Source: a virus
Length of the DNA: 64,000 nucleotides
Reading direction: 5' to 3' (one strand)
IMG/VR virus record: IMGVR_UViG_3300048999_000166
Span: 1-64,000 of that record
The notes beneath the pieces were generated by a model. It searched no databases and was not told the origin of the DNA. It saw nothing but the letters and a program-made list of their open reading frames with translations. The translations under genes and the position numbers were made by a program. Below are positions 51,854 to 62,034 of this stretch, piece by piece; within the stretch, counting starts at the first letter, position 1, and each line of letters starts with the position of its first letter.

Positions 51854-52687
51854 GTGGCTATTTCGAACATCAGGTGGGGCGCCGCCGCGATAGGGGCCAA
51901 CACGGGCGCGGACGGCGTCACCCCGCAAACGCGTACGGCGGCGTTTCCTACGGCCGGAAACGCCCCAGTTCAGGGGGACCTGCTGGTCGTGGTGGCCAGG
52001 TCTTGGCGCATTGGCGCTAACCCGACCACTTCGTATCCGTCCACAGTGCTAGCCGACACGGCCACCAACTCGGCGGGTTGGCAAAACACAACTACTGATG
52101 GTGTCGGCAATCCCAGCACTACCCCCACTGGAACATTGGTGACGCACGCCATTCGTCACCGCCTCTACTACAACTGGTATACGGCGGATATGGCCGAGCC
52201 GGTATTTACCTACCTGGCCGGTACGGCCACTGACTATTGGACAGTTCAACTGGTGGCCATGAGCGGGGCATTCATTGGGGGCAGCCCGTTTGATCAGTAC
52301 GGCGTCTTAACGGCAGCAGCGGCGAACAATACGACCACGATCGGTCCGGCTCCCGCGCTGCCCAACCCAGTGCCGGCCGGCGGGGTTGTCGTTGTGCTGA
52401 TGGACAAGGAGTTTCCACTCTCAACCGGATCAGTGCCCACCGTGACCGGTGATGGTCTGACCTGGAACGAGGGGTCCGAGAGCGGCGTGGTGGCGGCAGG
52501 TTTCGGGTGGGCAAATGACTGGGCGCTAGTGCCGGCCGCGACCACCGTGACCGCGAAGCAGGCCACCATCACTACCGCCACGACCGGCAAGGGTCTGGGA
52601 CACATGTTTTCGATTCTCCCGGCCAGCCCGCTCCGCTCATCCTCCACCAACCTCAATGTGCCCGTCCGCCGCGCTAGCGTCATCTGA
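51854..52687 (+). CDS. beta-rich virion appendage protein
   Basis: GDLLVVV motif, Thr/Ala-rich. Confidence 0.6.
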   Translation: MAISNIRWGAAAIGANTGADGVTPQTRTAAFPTAGNAPVQGDLLVVVARSWRIGANPTTSYPSTVLADTATNSAGWQNTTTDGVGNPSTTPTGTLVTHAIRHRLYYNWYTADMAEPVFTYLAGTATDYWTVQLVAMSGAFIGGSPFDQYGVLTAAAANNTTTIGPAPALPNPVPAGGVVVVLMDKEFPLSTGSVPTVTGDGLTWNEGSESGVVAAGFGWANDWALVPAATTVTAKQATITTATTGKGLGHMFSILPASPLRSSSTNLNVPVRRASVI

Positions 52688-52699
52688 GAGGCGGGGCCG

Positions 52700-53398
52700 G
52701 TGGCTAACGACCTGATCACCGTCAACGCAACGGCGCTATGGAATGCCGGTGGGACCGGTCTCAAGACACTGTCGGTGACGCCCAGTGCGGTCGGTGCCCT
52801 GATGATCCTGGCGACATCCGCGGGCAGCAATACCGCCAACAGTGCGGTGTCGGGCGGCGGCTGCCCGGCCAGCGGGTCCGGGACGGCCGGTGCGTGGCAT
52901 CTCATCGCGGGTCCGGTCAGCAGCACCACTCCGTGGCTGACCGAACTATGGATGGGTGTCGTCACCACGGCGGGAGCGGCGACCATCACCATCACCAACA
53001 CCTCGTCCGGCACAAACCGGCTCAACTGCAAGGAGTTCACCGCGGGGGGCGGGGCTGGCACTCGCTGGACCCAGGACGGCGCGGGCGGCACCAAGACGAA
53101 CACCACCGCGACCGTGGTCACGTTCCCGACGCTGACTCCGTCCGGGCCGAACCGGCTCTACGTCGGGTTCGGCCTCAACGGCACCGGCCAGACCACCGGT
53201 GCGACCGCGGGATATACGGTCGAGCTGGACCCCGGCACGAACCCGTACATCCGTAACCCGAGCGTGGCGTCGGCGCAGACCCCGACCACGGTCACCTCGT
53301 CGAGCCCGTCTGTCGCGGTGGCGGCTCTGATCAAGGCGGATAACCCGTTCACGCCGCAATACAGCAACGTCGGCATTCGACGTTCGAGCCTTTACTGA
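52700..53398 (+). CDS. beta-rich virion appendage protein
   Basis: Thr/Gly-rich; C-terminus resembles the previous gene (VPVRRASVI versus VGIRRSSLY). Confidence 0.6.
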   Translation: MANDLITVNATALWNAGGTGLKTLSVTPSAVGALMILATSAGSNTANSAVSGGGCPASGSGTAGAWHLIAGPVSSTTPWLTELWMGVVTTAGAATITITNTSSGTNRLNCKEFTAGGGAGTRWTQDGAGGTKTNTTATVVTFPTLTPSGPNRLYVGFGLNGTGQTTGATAGYTVELDPGTNPYIRNPSVASAQTPTTVTSSSPSVAVAALIKADNPFTPQYSNVGIRRSSLY

Positions 53399-53415
53399 AC
53401 TGTGAGGTCGACATA

Positions 53416-53763
53416 GTGTTTGACGTGGAACGAATTTTGACTGCGACGTTGTCTTTCGCGCCAGCAGCTCCTGGCGGATCTGATGCTTATGTGGTAATTA
53501 ACTTACCTGCGGGAGAAACCAGAGATCCAGATCCTATCTTCTCAACGGTAGTCCCCGTCGATCCAGCCGACATTCACTTCTTTACCTTTCGATTCGTAGG
53601 TGGCGTCCCTGGCGTCGACGTGCCGCCATGGGCAGCGTATACCAACACGCGGTCGGTGGCTCTGCAGTATTACTCTACCGCGCCAGGGCCGATCGACTGC
53701 AACGTTCGTCTGTTCTTTGGGGATAGCGACTACATTGTCACTACCTACTGGGAGACCTCCTAA
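53416..53763 (+). CDS. hypothetical protein
   Basis: Tail operon, lower GC. Confidence 0.5.
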   Translation: MFDVERILTATLSFAPAAPGGSDAYVVINLPAGETRDPDPIFSTVVPVDPADIHFFTFRFVGGVPGVDVPPWAAYTNTRSVALQYYSTAPGPIDCNVRLFFGDSDYIVTTYWETS

Positions 53764-54278
53764 TGGCCGCTCCTTGTTACATCATGTGGAATGGGACTAC
53801 CACTGCCCTAACCGCAGCCATTTCCGGACAAACCACCGGTACTGCATTTAAGACCATGATGCAGCTAAAGCCTGGCACCCCCAAGGTGCGCATTGTCGAG
53901 TGGGGGTATTCCTTCGAGACCGTACCTACCGCGATGGTCCGCGTGGAGCTGGTTGAGACCGGCACGGTCGGGGCCACCCTTACGGGAACCGGTGGAGCTG
54001 CGGGAACTCCACAGAATTACAACGACGTGACGGGGCCCGCATCTCAAGCCGCTACGGGGACGTCCGCCTCGGGCTTCTCGGGTTCCGCAATAAATACCTC
54101 TGAGGGTACCGTTGCTGCATCTCGCTTGCTAGCGTATCAAGAGGAGTGGGGTTCTCAATTTAAGCAACAGTTTCCGCTGGGTCGGGAACCGGAGGTTAAC
54201 GGCGCCAACTTCCTGCGCATTAGGGCGACCACTACAGCTGCGGTGAATATGACGTGCTACATCATCTGGGAAGAGTGA
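53763..54278 (+). CDS. virion structural protein
   Basis: KTMMQL, RIVEWGYSF, FLRIRAT, CYIIWEE. Confidence 0.6.
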   Translation: MAAPCYIMWNGTTTALTAAISGQTTGTAFKTMMQLKPGTPKVRIVEWGYSFETVPTAMVRVELVETGTVGATLTGTGGAAGTPQNYNDVTGPASQAATGTSASGFSGSAINTSEGTVAASRLLAYQEEWGSQFKQQFPLGREPEVNGANFLRIRATTTAAVNMTCYIIWEE

Positions 54279-54307
54279 GCCCAACCGTCGTAAGGGGGTA
54301 ATGGTCG

Positions 54308-57232
54308 ATGGCAAGGCTCGGTCGCGGTTACCCCATTACCCGGTGGATCCACTACAAGGGCATCGCCATCTACAACGCGGCGACGACCCTATCGGCGACC
54401 GCTGGCCTGACCAGCGCCACCTCGGTCACAGAACGTTCGGCGGCGGCGCTCAGCGCTACCGCCGGGCTGACCGCCGCCGCGAAGCTGACGAAGCTCCCGG
54501 CGGCGACCCTGTCGGCGACCACTGGACTCACCAGCGCGACTTCGATCACCGAACGCCCAGCGGCGACGCTGGCGGCGGTCACCTCCCTGACCGCCGCCAC
54601 GAAGCTGACAAAGCTCCCGGGCGCCACCCTGGCGGCGACCGCTGGTCTGACGTCGGTCGCGCACGACACTCAGCGCCCGGTCGCCGCTCTGAGCGCCTCC
54701 ATGGGGCTCACCGCAGCTGCGGTGGTTGGCGTCCCCGCCTTCGCCACCCTATCGGCGCACGGTGGACTGACCAGCGCGGCAGCAATCACCGAACGTCCGG
54801 CGACGGCACTGTCGGGTGCCACCGGTCTGACCGCTGCCGCGAAGCTGACAAAGCTCCCGGCGGCAACGTTGCCGGGCATCACCAGCCTATCCGCGACCGC
54901 GCACGACCTCATCGGAGCTGCCACCAGTCTGTCCGCGTCCGCCGGGCTTACCGCCGGTGCCACGATCATCGTTCGGCCTTCGGTCGTTCCGCTAGCCGCA
55001 ATCACACAGCTGTTCGTGTCGCTGGTGCCGACGCGGCTCGCCGCCGCGGTGCTGTCGGCGAGCACAAGTCTGACCGCTGCCGCGAAGCTGACGGAGTTCC
55101 CGTCGGCCGCATTGCCCGCGGTCACCGCCATGTCGCTGGTGCCGACGGACTTCGGAGCCGCGGCACTGTCGGGTGCCACCGGTCTGACCGCTGCCGCGAA
55201 GCTGACGAAGCTTCCGGCCGCAACGCTCAGCGCTGCTGGAGGACTGTCTTCCGGTGCTCTAGTCGTCGAGCGGTCCGACGGCACGTTGTCGGCCACCACC
55301 GCCCTGTCCGCCGCCGCGGTCACCGCCCGTAACGCCGGTACCGCCACGTTGTCGGCCACTGCAGGGCTGACCTCAGCGGCCCTCTCGGGGCCGAAGGGTA
55401 GCGCGACCCTCACCGCACAGTCGCAAATCAACGTTGGCCCTTACCCGCTGTTCCCGTCCACGTTCCTCTTCCCGAGTGCTTCGCGCTACCCGTCCACTGG
55501 ACCTTGGGACCATGTCTTCCCGACGGCGGCCCTCTCTGCTACCGCGGGATTGACCGCGGCGGCGGCCGGCGGCCATATCAACCTCTCCGCCACCCTGAGC
55601 GCCTCCACGACGCTCACAGCGACCGCGACCCGCGCTCGCCCGGCGAACGCGGTGCTGACCGCTTCCTCGGGGCTGACCTCCACCGCGACAATCAGCTACC
55701 TGCCGAGTGCGACGCTGCACGCGACGGCCGGGCTGACCGTCGCTGCTCGGGACACAACCTTCCCGAGCGCGACCCTGGCCGCCGCTACCACTACCTTGAC
55801 GGCGGCAGCAAAGGTCAACCACTTGCCGGTGACGGCCTTGTCGGCGACGACAGGCTTGACCGCTAGTGCGGCGCGCACCGCGTTGCCCACCGCGATCCTT
55901 GCTGCCCATGGCGGGTTGACTTCGAACGCCTTTGACGTTGTCGAGGCGGCCGCACCGCTGGCCGCGGCCACGCATCTGACCGCACAGGCGCGCGGCACTA
56001 TTCCGGCAGCAGCGGCAGCGATGTCGGCTACCTCGGCGCTCACGGTCTCCGTTCTGGTTGTTCACCGGCCAGCCGCGACCCTGTCCGCCACCGCCGGACT
56101 CGTCTCGGCCGCGCTGGTTGTTGAGCGGCCGTCGGCCACTCTGGCGGCCAGCACGGGGCTCACGTCACAGGTCCACGACACGGAGCTGCCGGCGGCGGCG
56201 CTGCACGCGGTCGGTGGACTGACCGCAGCTGCACGCGACACTCAGCGTCCGTCCGCCACCCTGGCGGCCAACGCTGGGCTGACAGCTCAACGTCCGCGGG
56301 GCACCCTGTTCGTCGCGTCCACGATGACGGCGCACGGCGGCCTCACAGCGGCGGCATTCCTCACTCAGCATCCGTCCGCCGCCTTGACGGTCACCGCCGG
56401 ACTCACCTCGGCGGCGAAGGTTACCCAACGTCCGTCCGCCACCCTGGCGGCGGCCACCGGGCTGACTTCCGCTGCTCACGTCGATGTGCGTCCGATAGCG
56501 ACCCTGGCGGCGAGCACAGCCATCTCGGCCGTTCCTCCCGTTCTCTCTCGGCCGGGAGCCGCGGCGCTGGCGGTGACCGGTGGACTGACGGCGACTCCGG
56601 TGCTTACTAAGCGCCCCTCGGCGGTGCTGTCCGCTACGGCGGGGATGACCTCGGCGGCGCGTGTCACCGAGCTTCCGTCGGCGGTGTTGTCCGCTACCAC
56701 CGGTATGACCTCGGCGGCGTTCGTCACTCAGCGACCCAACGCCACCTTCGCCGCACACACCACGATGGCGACGTCGGCGCGCAACACAGTGCTGCCCTCC
56801 GCTCACTTGGCGGAGAACACCACCTTGACGGCGAGCTGCACGCTCGGCTACCACGTCACGGCCGCCCTCGCGGCCCTCGCGGCGCTACACGCGCAGGCCA
56901 CTCCGGAAACGTTCGTTCGCGCGACGTTCTCGGCTAGCACGAGCCTGAGTGCCACCGAGCACATCACGGTGGTCGTCAGGGCGACCCTGTCCGCGCATAC
57001 GGCCCTATCGGCCGCCGGCAAAGACACCGTCTACTCAGCAGCGGTGCTGCACGCACTCACGGTGCTCGTGGCCACCGCGAGACTGCGTCCCTGGGAGGCC
57101 TTCTCCGGTAGGCCCACTCTCGAAGCGGGAGTGCGGGCCGCACAGGCGATCGCGCTTGGTGCGACTACGGCCGCGCGAGCGGCACCGGTGGCAGGCGTCC
57201 ATTCCGCCGTTCCCACTCCCGTCAGGCGTTAA
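54308..57232 (+). CDS. Ala/Thr-rich repeat protein (long fibre/whisker)
   Basis: Dozens of approximately 15-aa repeats such as AATLSATAGLTAAAK. Confidence 0.75.
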   Translation: MARLGRGYPITRWIHYKGIAIYNAATTLSATAGLTSATSVTERSAAALSATAGLTAAAKLTKLPAATLSATTGLTSATSITERPAATLAAVTSLTAATKLTKLPGATLAATAGLTSVAHDTQRPVAALSASMGLTAAAVVGVPAFATLSAHGGLTSAAAITERPATALSGATGLTAAAKLTKLPAATLPGITSLSATAHDLIGAATSLSASAGLTAGATIIVRPSVVPLAAITQLFVSLVPTRLAAAVLSASTSLTAAAKLTEFPSAALPAVTAMSLVPTDFGAAALSGATGLTAAAKLTKLPAATLSAAGGLSSGALVVERSDGTLSATTALSAAAVTARNAGTATLSATAGLTSAALSGPKGSATLTAQSQINVGPYPLFPSTFLFPSASRYPSTGPWDHVFPTAALSATAGLTAAAAGGHINLSATLSASTTLTATATRARPANAVLTASSGLTSTATISYLPSATLHATAGLTVAARDTTFPSATLAAATTTLTAAAKVNHLPVTALSATTGLTASAARTALPTAILAAHGGLTSNAFDVVEAAAPLAAATHLTAQARGTIPAAAAAMSATSALTVSVLVVHRPAATLSATAGLVSAALVVERPSATLAASTGLTSQVHDTELPAAALHAVGGLTAAARDTQRPSATLAANAGLTAQRPRGTLFVASTMTAHGGLTAAAFLTQHPSAALTVTAGLTSAAKVTQRPSATLAAATGLTSAAHVDVRPIATLAASTAISAVPPVLSRPGAAALAVTGGLTATPVLTKRPSAVLSATAGMTSAARVTELPSAVLSATTGMTSAAFVTQRPNATFAAHTTMATSARNTVLPSAHLAENTTLTASCTLGYHVTAALAALAALHAQATPETFVRATFSASTSLSATEHITVVVRATLSAHTALSAAGKDTVYSAAVLHALTVLVATARLRPWEAFSGRPTLEAGVRAAQAIALGATTAARAAPVAGVHSAVPTPVRR

Positions 57233-57244
57233 GGAGAGCCCCGA

Positions 57245-59041
57245 ATGACCTACCCGTTGCCCTCCTGGACGGACGACCCGACGACCTCCGACCCGATCGA
57301 CGCGGAGAATCTCGATCTCTACAACACCGCGATCGATGACCTCGATAGCCGAACGTCGACCATCGAGGCGTCCGGTGCCGTCAACGCGCTGGCCACCGCC
57401 AAGGGCGACATGATCGCGGCGCACGGTGTCAACGACATGGAAACGCTGGCCGTGGGCACCAATGGACAGGTGCTCACCGCCGCGTCGTCCGCGACGCTGG
57501 GCGTGCACTGGGCGGACCCCGCGCCCGGCGGAGTGTCGTCGGTAACCGCCGCTGACACCACGATCCACGTCGACAACACCGACCCGATCAATCCGACGGT
57601 AAAGGTCAATCCGGGGAACCTGACCATCGCGGAGTCGCAGGTCACCAGCCTGACGACCGACCTGGCCGGCAAGCAGGGGCTGAACTCGAACCTCACGACC
57701 ATCGGTGGCCTGACGCCGGGCGCCGGCAACGTGATGGCGGCCGACGGCAGTGGTTGGATTTCGAAGACCTACGCCGCTCTTAAAACAGCGTTGGGGCTGG
57801 TCAAGGCCGACGTTGGACTATCCAACGTCGATAACACCTCCGACGCCACCAAGAACTCGGCCGTCGCCACCCTCACCAACAAAACGCTCACCAGCCCAGT
57901 GATCAACACCCCGACCGGCATCGTCGCCAGCGACGTCGGTGCGCAGCCGGTGGATTCCGACCTCACCGCGATCGCGGCGCTGACTCCCAGCAACGACGAC
58001 ATCGTCCAGCGCAAGGCCGGTGCTTGGACCAACCGCACGATGGCGCAGCTGTCTTCGGATCTGGGCCTAGCGGCGAACTACCAGCCGCTCGACAGCGACC
58101 TGACCGCCCTCGCGGCACTCACTCCCACGAACGATGACATTGTTCAACGTAAGGCGGGAGCGTGGGTCAACCGGAGCATCGCACAGCTGTCCACTGACCT
58201 GGCGTTGTCCACCACCTACCAACCGCTGGACTCCGACCTCACCACCATTGCGGCGCTGACGCCGGGCTCCGGTAACGTGCTGGCGGCGGACGGCGGCGGC
58301 TGGATCAGCAAAACCTATGCTTCACTCAAGACGGCGTTGGTGTTGGTCAAGGCGGACGTCGGGTTGTCCAACGTCGATAACACTTCTGACGCCACGAAGA
58401 ATTCCGCAACCGCCACACTTACCGGCAAGACCCTCACCAGTCCGGTAATCAATAGTCCAACCGGAATAGTGAAGGGCGACGTTGGTCTCGGGAATGTTGA
58501 TAACACTTCTGACGCCACCAAGAATTCCGCAACCGCCACACTCACTAACAAGACCCTCACCAGTCCGGTAATCAATAGTCCAACCGGAATCGTGGCGAGT
58601 GACGTCGGAGCGCAACCGCTCGATGGCGATCTCACCGCGATCGCGGCATTAACTCAGACTTCCGGGTATGTTATCACCAGTAATGGCACGACGTGGACGG
58701 CGGCTGCGCCCACCGCATCGTGGTCCACTTTCGTTGAGACGCTAGCGGACGGTTCCACCCTCTCTCCCGACTGCCAGAATGGCTTGATTAGGGTGGGTTC
58801 ATGCTCTTCATTGAGCCAGAACACTACGCTGAACGCCCCCGCGAACGGATCGGTAGGAGCGACCTATCGGGCGCAAATCACTGCATTCAGCGGTAACTGG
58901 GTCGTTACGTTTTCGGGTTGGTTGGGCACCACGGATAACGCAACATCCTCCATCACCGTCCCGACGGGGAAGACGGCCAGCATCCTCGGGGAGTACTGCG
59001 CGGCCGGGTGGATGTATGGCGGCTATACCTTGCAAGCCTAG
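57245..59041 (+). CDS. tail fibre protein with modular repeats
   Basis: Repeated QPLDSDLTAIAALTP and DVGLSNVDNTSDATKNSA units. Confidence 0.8.
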   Translation: MTYPLPSWTDDPTTSDPIDAENLDLYNTAIDDLDSRTSTIEASGAVNALATAKGDMIAAHGVNDMETLAVGTNGQVLTAASSATLGVHWADPAPGGVSSVTAADTTIHVDNTDPINPTVKVNPGNLTIAESQVTSLTTDLAGKQGLNSNLTTIGGLTPGAGNVMAADGSGWISKTYAALKTALGLVKADVGLSNVDNTSDATKNSAVATLTNKTLTSPVINTPTGIVASDVGAQPVDSDLTAIAALTPSNDDIVQRKAGAWTNRTMAQLSSDLGLAANYQPLDSDLTALAALTPTNDDIVQRKAGAWVNRSIAQLSTDLALSTTYQPLDSDLTTIAALTPGSGNVLAADGGGWISKTYASLKTALVLVKADVGLSNVDNTSDATKNSATATLTGKTLTSPVINSPTGIVKGDVGLGNVDNTSDATKNSATATLTNKTLTSPVINSPTGIVASDVGAQPLDGDLTAIAALTQTSGYVITSNGTTWTAAAPTASWSTFVETLADGSTLSPDCQNGLIRVGSCSSLSQNTTLNAPANGSVGATYRAQITAFSGNWVVTFSGWLGTTDNATSSITVPTGKTASILGEYCAAGWMYGGYTLQA

Positions 59042-59052
59042 GGGGATCAGTT

Positions 59053-60888
59053 ATGGCAACTCCAGCCGCGACCTTCTGCAATATTGGAGTCGGAGCCGGG
59101 AAGTCTAACTATCAGCTGGACTACAGCACGGCCACTGGCGCTGGGATTACCACCGCGACTCCCTCCACGCTGGCCAGCTCCACCGGTATCAGTAGCATTA
59201 TGTATTCCTCTACTGACGGCAGCGCGATGATGCTGCGCTCGGACGTGGACGTCGATGTGATCGCCACCAACGGCTACCCGCGTTCGGAGTTCCGGGAGCG
59301 TCAGCAGGATGGTTCAACGCTGCGCGCGTTCACCCCGACCAGCGGAGATCACTGGGCCGAGGTGTGGGAGTGTCCCACGCACCTGCCTCCGATCAAGCCC
59401 TCCTACGTCATGCTGCAGATGCACGACAACAACGACGACATCATCGAGATCGCGTTGCAGCGGCGGACGGACTTCGCCACCACCGGCCTGTTGGAAATCG
59501 TCGCTCGGGTTAATGGCTCCAGTCAGGTCCAGATCGGCGTGGATGGCGGCGGTAACCCGGTCTACTACACCTGGCCGAAGCTGGTGACCACACACGTGTG
59601 GGGCACCTGGTACCGACTCAAGATCTACGTGGGAGCCATCCACTCGGGATCCACGGGATATGAGATCAGCTGTAATTCAGTGACCGTCAAGAATACTGAC
59701 AACGTGAACATGCCAGCTATGAACACTTCGGGGGCGAACAGTTACTTCAAATGTGGTATGTATTTGCAAACGAAGTGGACTGGGAGTGGTACCCTAGGTC
59801 TAGAGACAGATCGAAATGAATACGGAGAGGCCGCGTTCCGCGATTTCCGTACTCATCACAATGGAGAAACCGACACTTCGATACAGACACGCGGAACAGA
59901 TACGCCCGATACGGTCTCTAGCGTGGTGTGGGGAGCTAAGGCATCTGGTCACCAGACTACCCCACTGTCGTCGGGAGGTACCGGAATTACGCTTACTCCC
60001 GCGCTCCCCACTGGACTTGTCCTCGGAGATATGGTGTTCTGCATTACTAGGACTAGTCGAGGTATCAATACCACTAGCGCTACGGCTGCCACCTCGGAAG
60101 CTCCCGGGCCACCTACCGCTCCATCGACGCCGAGCATCACCACTGGGTGGACAAAGCTGATCAGCACTCATATGCCTTTTGCGGCGGGGGACACCAATAG
60201 TGCGTATCCTGGTAGCCCCAATCTCCAAGCTCATACGATTCGGTGGCTACTGTTCGGTAAGCCCTGGGTATCGGGGGATACCGCTCCCACTGTGACATAC
60301 GCGGCTGGTAATACTCTTACGGACACCATGACCGCGCACGTGTTTAAGTGTTCCGGGTCTAAATACTCTACAGTGTTCGCGGAGGTAATTGATCAACCAC
60401 CCAATGGCCTCGATCTGTCCAATCCGGCGGACAACAACAACACGATCACCGGCATCAACTATGCAGCCGCGACTAGCACGACCGTGCTCGGCCCCACTGC
60501 TGCCCTGGCCAGTAACGCCGAGGCAGGCTCGCTGGCCATCGCATGTGTCTACCACGAGACCAACACGACCAACACGACTATTGGCGTGGTGACCGGTGGA
60601 TCGGATGGCCTAACGTGGGCCGCGGGGGGCGTCTCGAACACTACTACGGTGACACCGGCTAGCGGGTCCGGGGCGGAGTGCGATGAACCGGCCTTCGCGC
60701 ACGACTGGGCTATCGTCCCCTCCAACGCTGGACAGGCCATCCCGGCCAAGCAGGCCGCAGCGACGATCAGTGGTGACGCGAACAAGCCCTCTACATCGCT
60801 CACCACCCCAGGCAGTGGGTGGGGCGTCCTGTTCACGATCGCGGCAGCTAGGAACCGCCGTAAGTGGATGCGGGCGGCGAGTTACTAG
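59053..60888 (+). CDS. polysaccharide lyase family 7-like depolymerase fused to a virion-attachment domain
   Basis: PRSEFRE, LQMHD, YFKCGMYLQ match PL7 motifs R(S/T)ELRE, QIH, YFKAGxYxQ. Confidence 0.75.
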   Translation: MATPAATFCNIGVGAGKSNYQLDYSTATGAGITTATPSTLASSTGISSIMYSSTDGSAMMLRSDVDVDVIATNGYPRSEFRERQQDGSTLRAFTPTSGDHWAEVWECPTHLPPIKPSYVMLQMHDNNDDIIEIALQRRTDFATTGLLEIVARVNGSSQVQIGVDGGGNPVYYTWPKLVTTHVWGTWYRLKIYVGAIHSGSTGYEISCNSVTVKNTDNVNMPAMNTSGANSYFKCGMYLQTKWTGSGTLGLETDRNEYGEAAFRDFRTHHNGETDTSIQTRGTDTPDTVSSVVWGAKASGHQTTPLSSGGTGITLTPALPTGLVLGDMVFCITRTSRGINTTSATAATSEAPGPPTAPSTPSITTGWTKLISTHMPFAAGDTNSAYPGSPNLQAHTIRWLLFGKPWVSGDTAPTVTYAAGNTLTDTMTAHVFKCSGSKYSTVFAEVIDQPPNGLDLSNPADNNNTITGINYAAATSTTVLGPTAALASNAEAGSLAIACVYHETNTTNTTIGVVTGGSDGLTWAAGGVSNTTTVTPASGSGAECDEPAFAHDWAIVPSNAGQAIPAKQAAATISGDANKPSTSLTTPGSGWGVLFTIAAARNRRKWMRAASY

Positions 60889-61571
60889 TCCGACTCTATC
60901 CACGTGGCCTGTCGTGCGTTCGGGAACATCGATTCGCTCAAGGGTTCCGTCACGAAGAACCCCGCGATAGAGATCCGGTTGGCCCCCTCTACCTTCGTCA
61001 CGAAGTGCAACGCGTCCGCCGCCATGAACACCAGCCGATTGGGCTTGGGGAAGATGAACAACCCATGCCCCGGTGACAACGCGCGCCGCGCCTCCTCTCG
61101 ATCGTCGAGCCACGGAAGGATGTCTCCGCAGGACGGGGTATCGCGATCGAGGACGCAGAGGATGCCTCCCCAGTGCGGGCGCCACTCCGGGTGCGCGAAG
61201 TAGATGTACGACCCGGCCCCGCCTGGCTCGTCCGCGTGCAGGGAGAGACCGCTACCTGGCGGGTACACCCACGGAGCGAAGTTGACGAACTCATGATCGT
61301 CCACCACCGTCTTGAGTAGCTCGTGTTCGTGGGCGGACCCGACAAGCGTGCAGAACCGATCGAGCACGCGCGGTCCGGGCATCGGAGCGCGTTGTCCCGT
61401 CAAGGGGAAGCCATCGTGCGGACGCCACACCTTCGACACGGTCGTCACATGGACATTCTGGAAGGTGCTGGAGCTGATCCAGTTGAACAGCTGGGAAGCG
61501 TAGTCGGCGTCGAACACGTCGTCGAAGACCGCGACCTTGTCGGTGAGCAGCGCGGGCTTATCGAAGTCCAT
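60885..61571 (-). CDS. 2OG-Fe(II) oxygenase (prolyl-hydroxylase-like)
   Basis: LHAD (HxD), WGGIL, PKPNRLVF, HFV, RISIAGFF. Confidence 0.85.
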   Translation of the reverse strand: MDFDKPALLTDKVAVFDDVFDADYASQLFNWISSSTFQNVHVTTVSKVWRPHDGFPLTGQRAPMPGPRVLDRFCTLVGSAHEHELLKTVVDDHEFVNFAPWVYPPGSGLSLHADEPGGAGSYIYFAHPEWRPHWGGILCVLDRDTPSCGDILPWLDDREEARRALSPGHGLFIFPKPNRLVFMAADALHFVTKVEGANRISIAGFFVTEPLSESMFPNARQATWIESD

Positions 61572-61580
61572 GTGCTCACT

Positions 61581-61844
61581 CTATCGGCGCTGACCGCAGC
61601 TGCGGCAGCCCTCGAAGTCAGCGGGCCGATGCTTCCACGGCCGGCGCTCCTCGGGGCGCCCCTCCCACACTTCGGCCCAGCGGTGGCGACCGACTCTGCA
61701 CAGGGTCGCGGCCAGGAGCTGATCCTTGCGCCGGTAGGACCACGTCATCTGCAGGTGGTTGCGCGTCCCGCCGTAGAGGCCGCGGCAGTACGCGGACCCG
61801 GGCCAGTGATCGAGCGGGTGGAACTGGGAGAAGTCGAGCTTCAT
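61581..61844 (-). CDS. small Cys/His protein
   Basis: LCRVGRHRW...GCRSCG. Confidence 0.5.
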   Translation of the reverse strand: MKLDFSQFHPLDHWPGSAYCRGLYGGTRNHLQMTWSYRRKDQLLAATLCRVGRHRWAEVWEGRPEERRPWKHRPADFEGCRSCGQRR

Positions 61845-61965
61845 GTGGTTACCCCGTGACGTGGGTCAGCCGGTGAGGTAGTAGTCCAGCCGGGTCCGGA
61901 GATCAGCCCTTCGCCATCGTGGGTGCACCCAGAGAATGACCGCGCAGAGGCGCGCCCGGCTAGCG

Positions 61966-62033
61966 CACGGGCGGAAGGAATCGAACCCTCGCCTGGCGGT
62001 TTTGGAGACCGCCGGCTCGCCATGAGCGCCCAT
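61966..62033 (-). tRNA. trnW: tRNA-Trp(CCA) with shortened D arm
   Basis: Acceptor atgggcg/cgcccgt, anticodon arm gcggt-ctCCAaa-accgc, T arm gaggg-ttcgatt-ccttc; only 14 nt between acceptor and anticodon stems. Confidence 0.75.
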
Positions 62034-62034
62034 C

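Noticed and set aside
54308-60888. Diversity-generating retroelement acting on the fibres
   Set aside because: No reverse transcriptase and no template/variable repeat pair with adenine-specific differences seen in this window.
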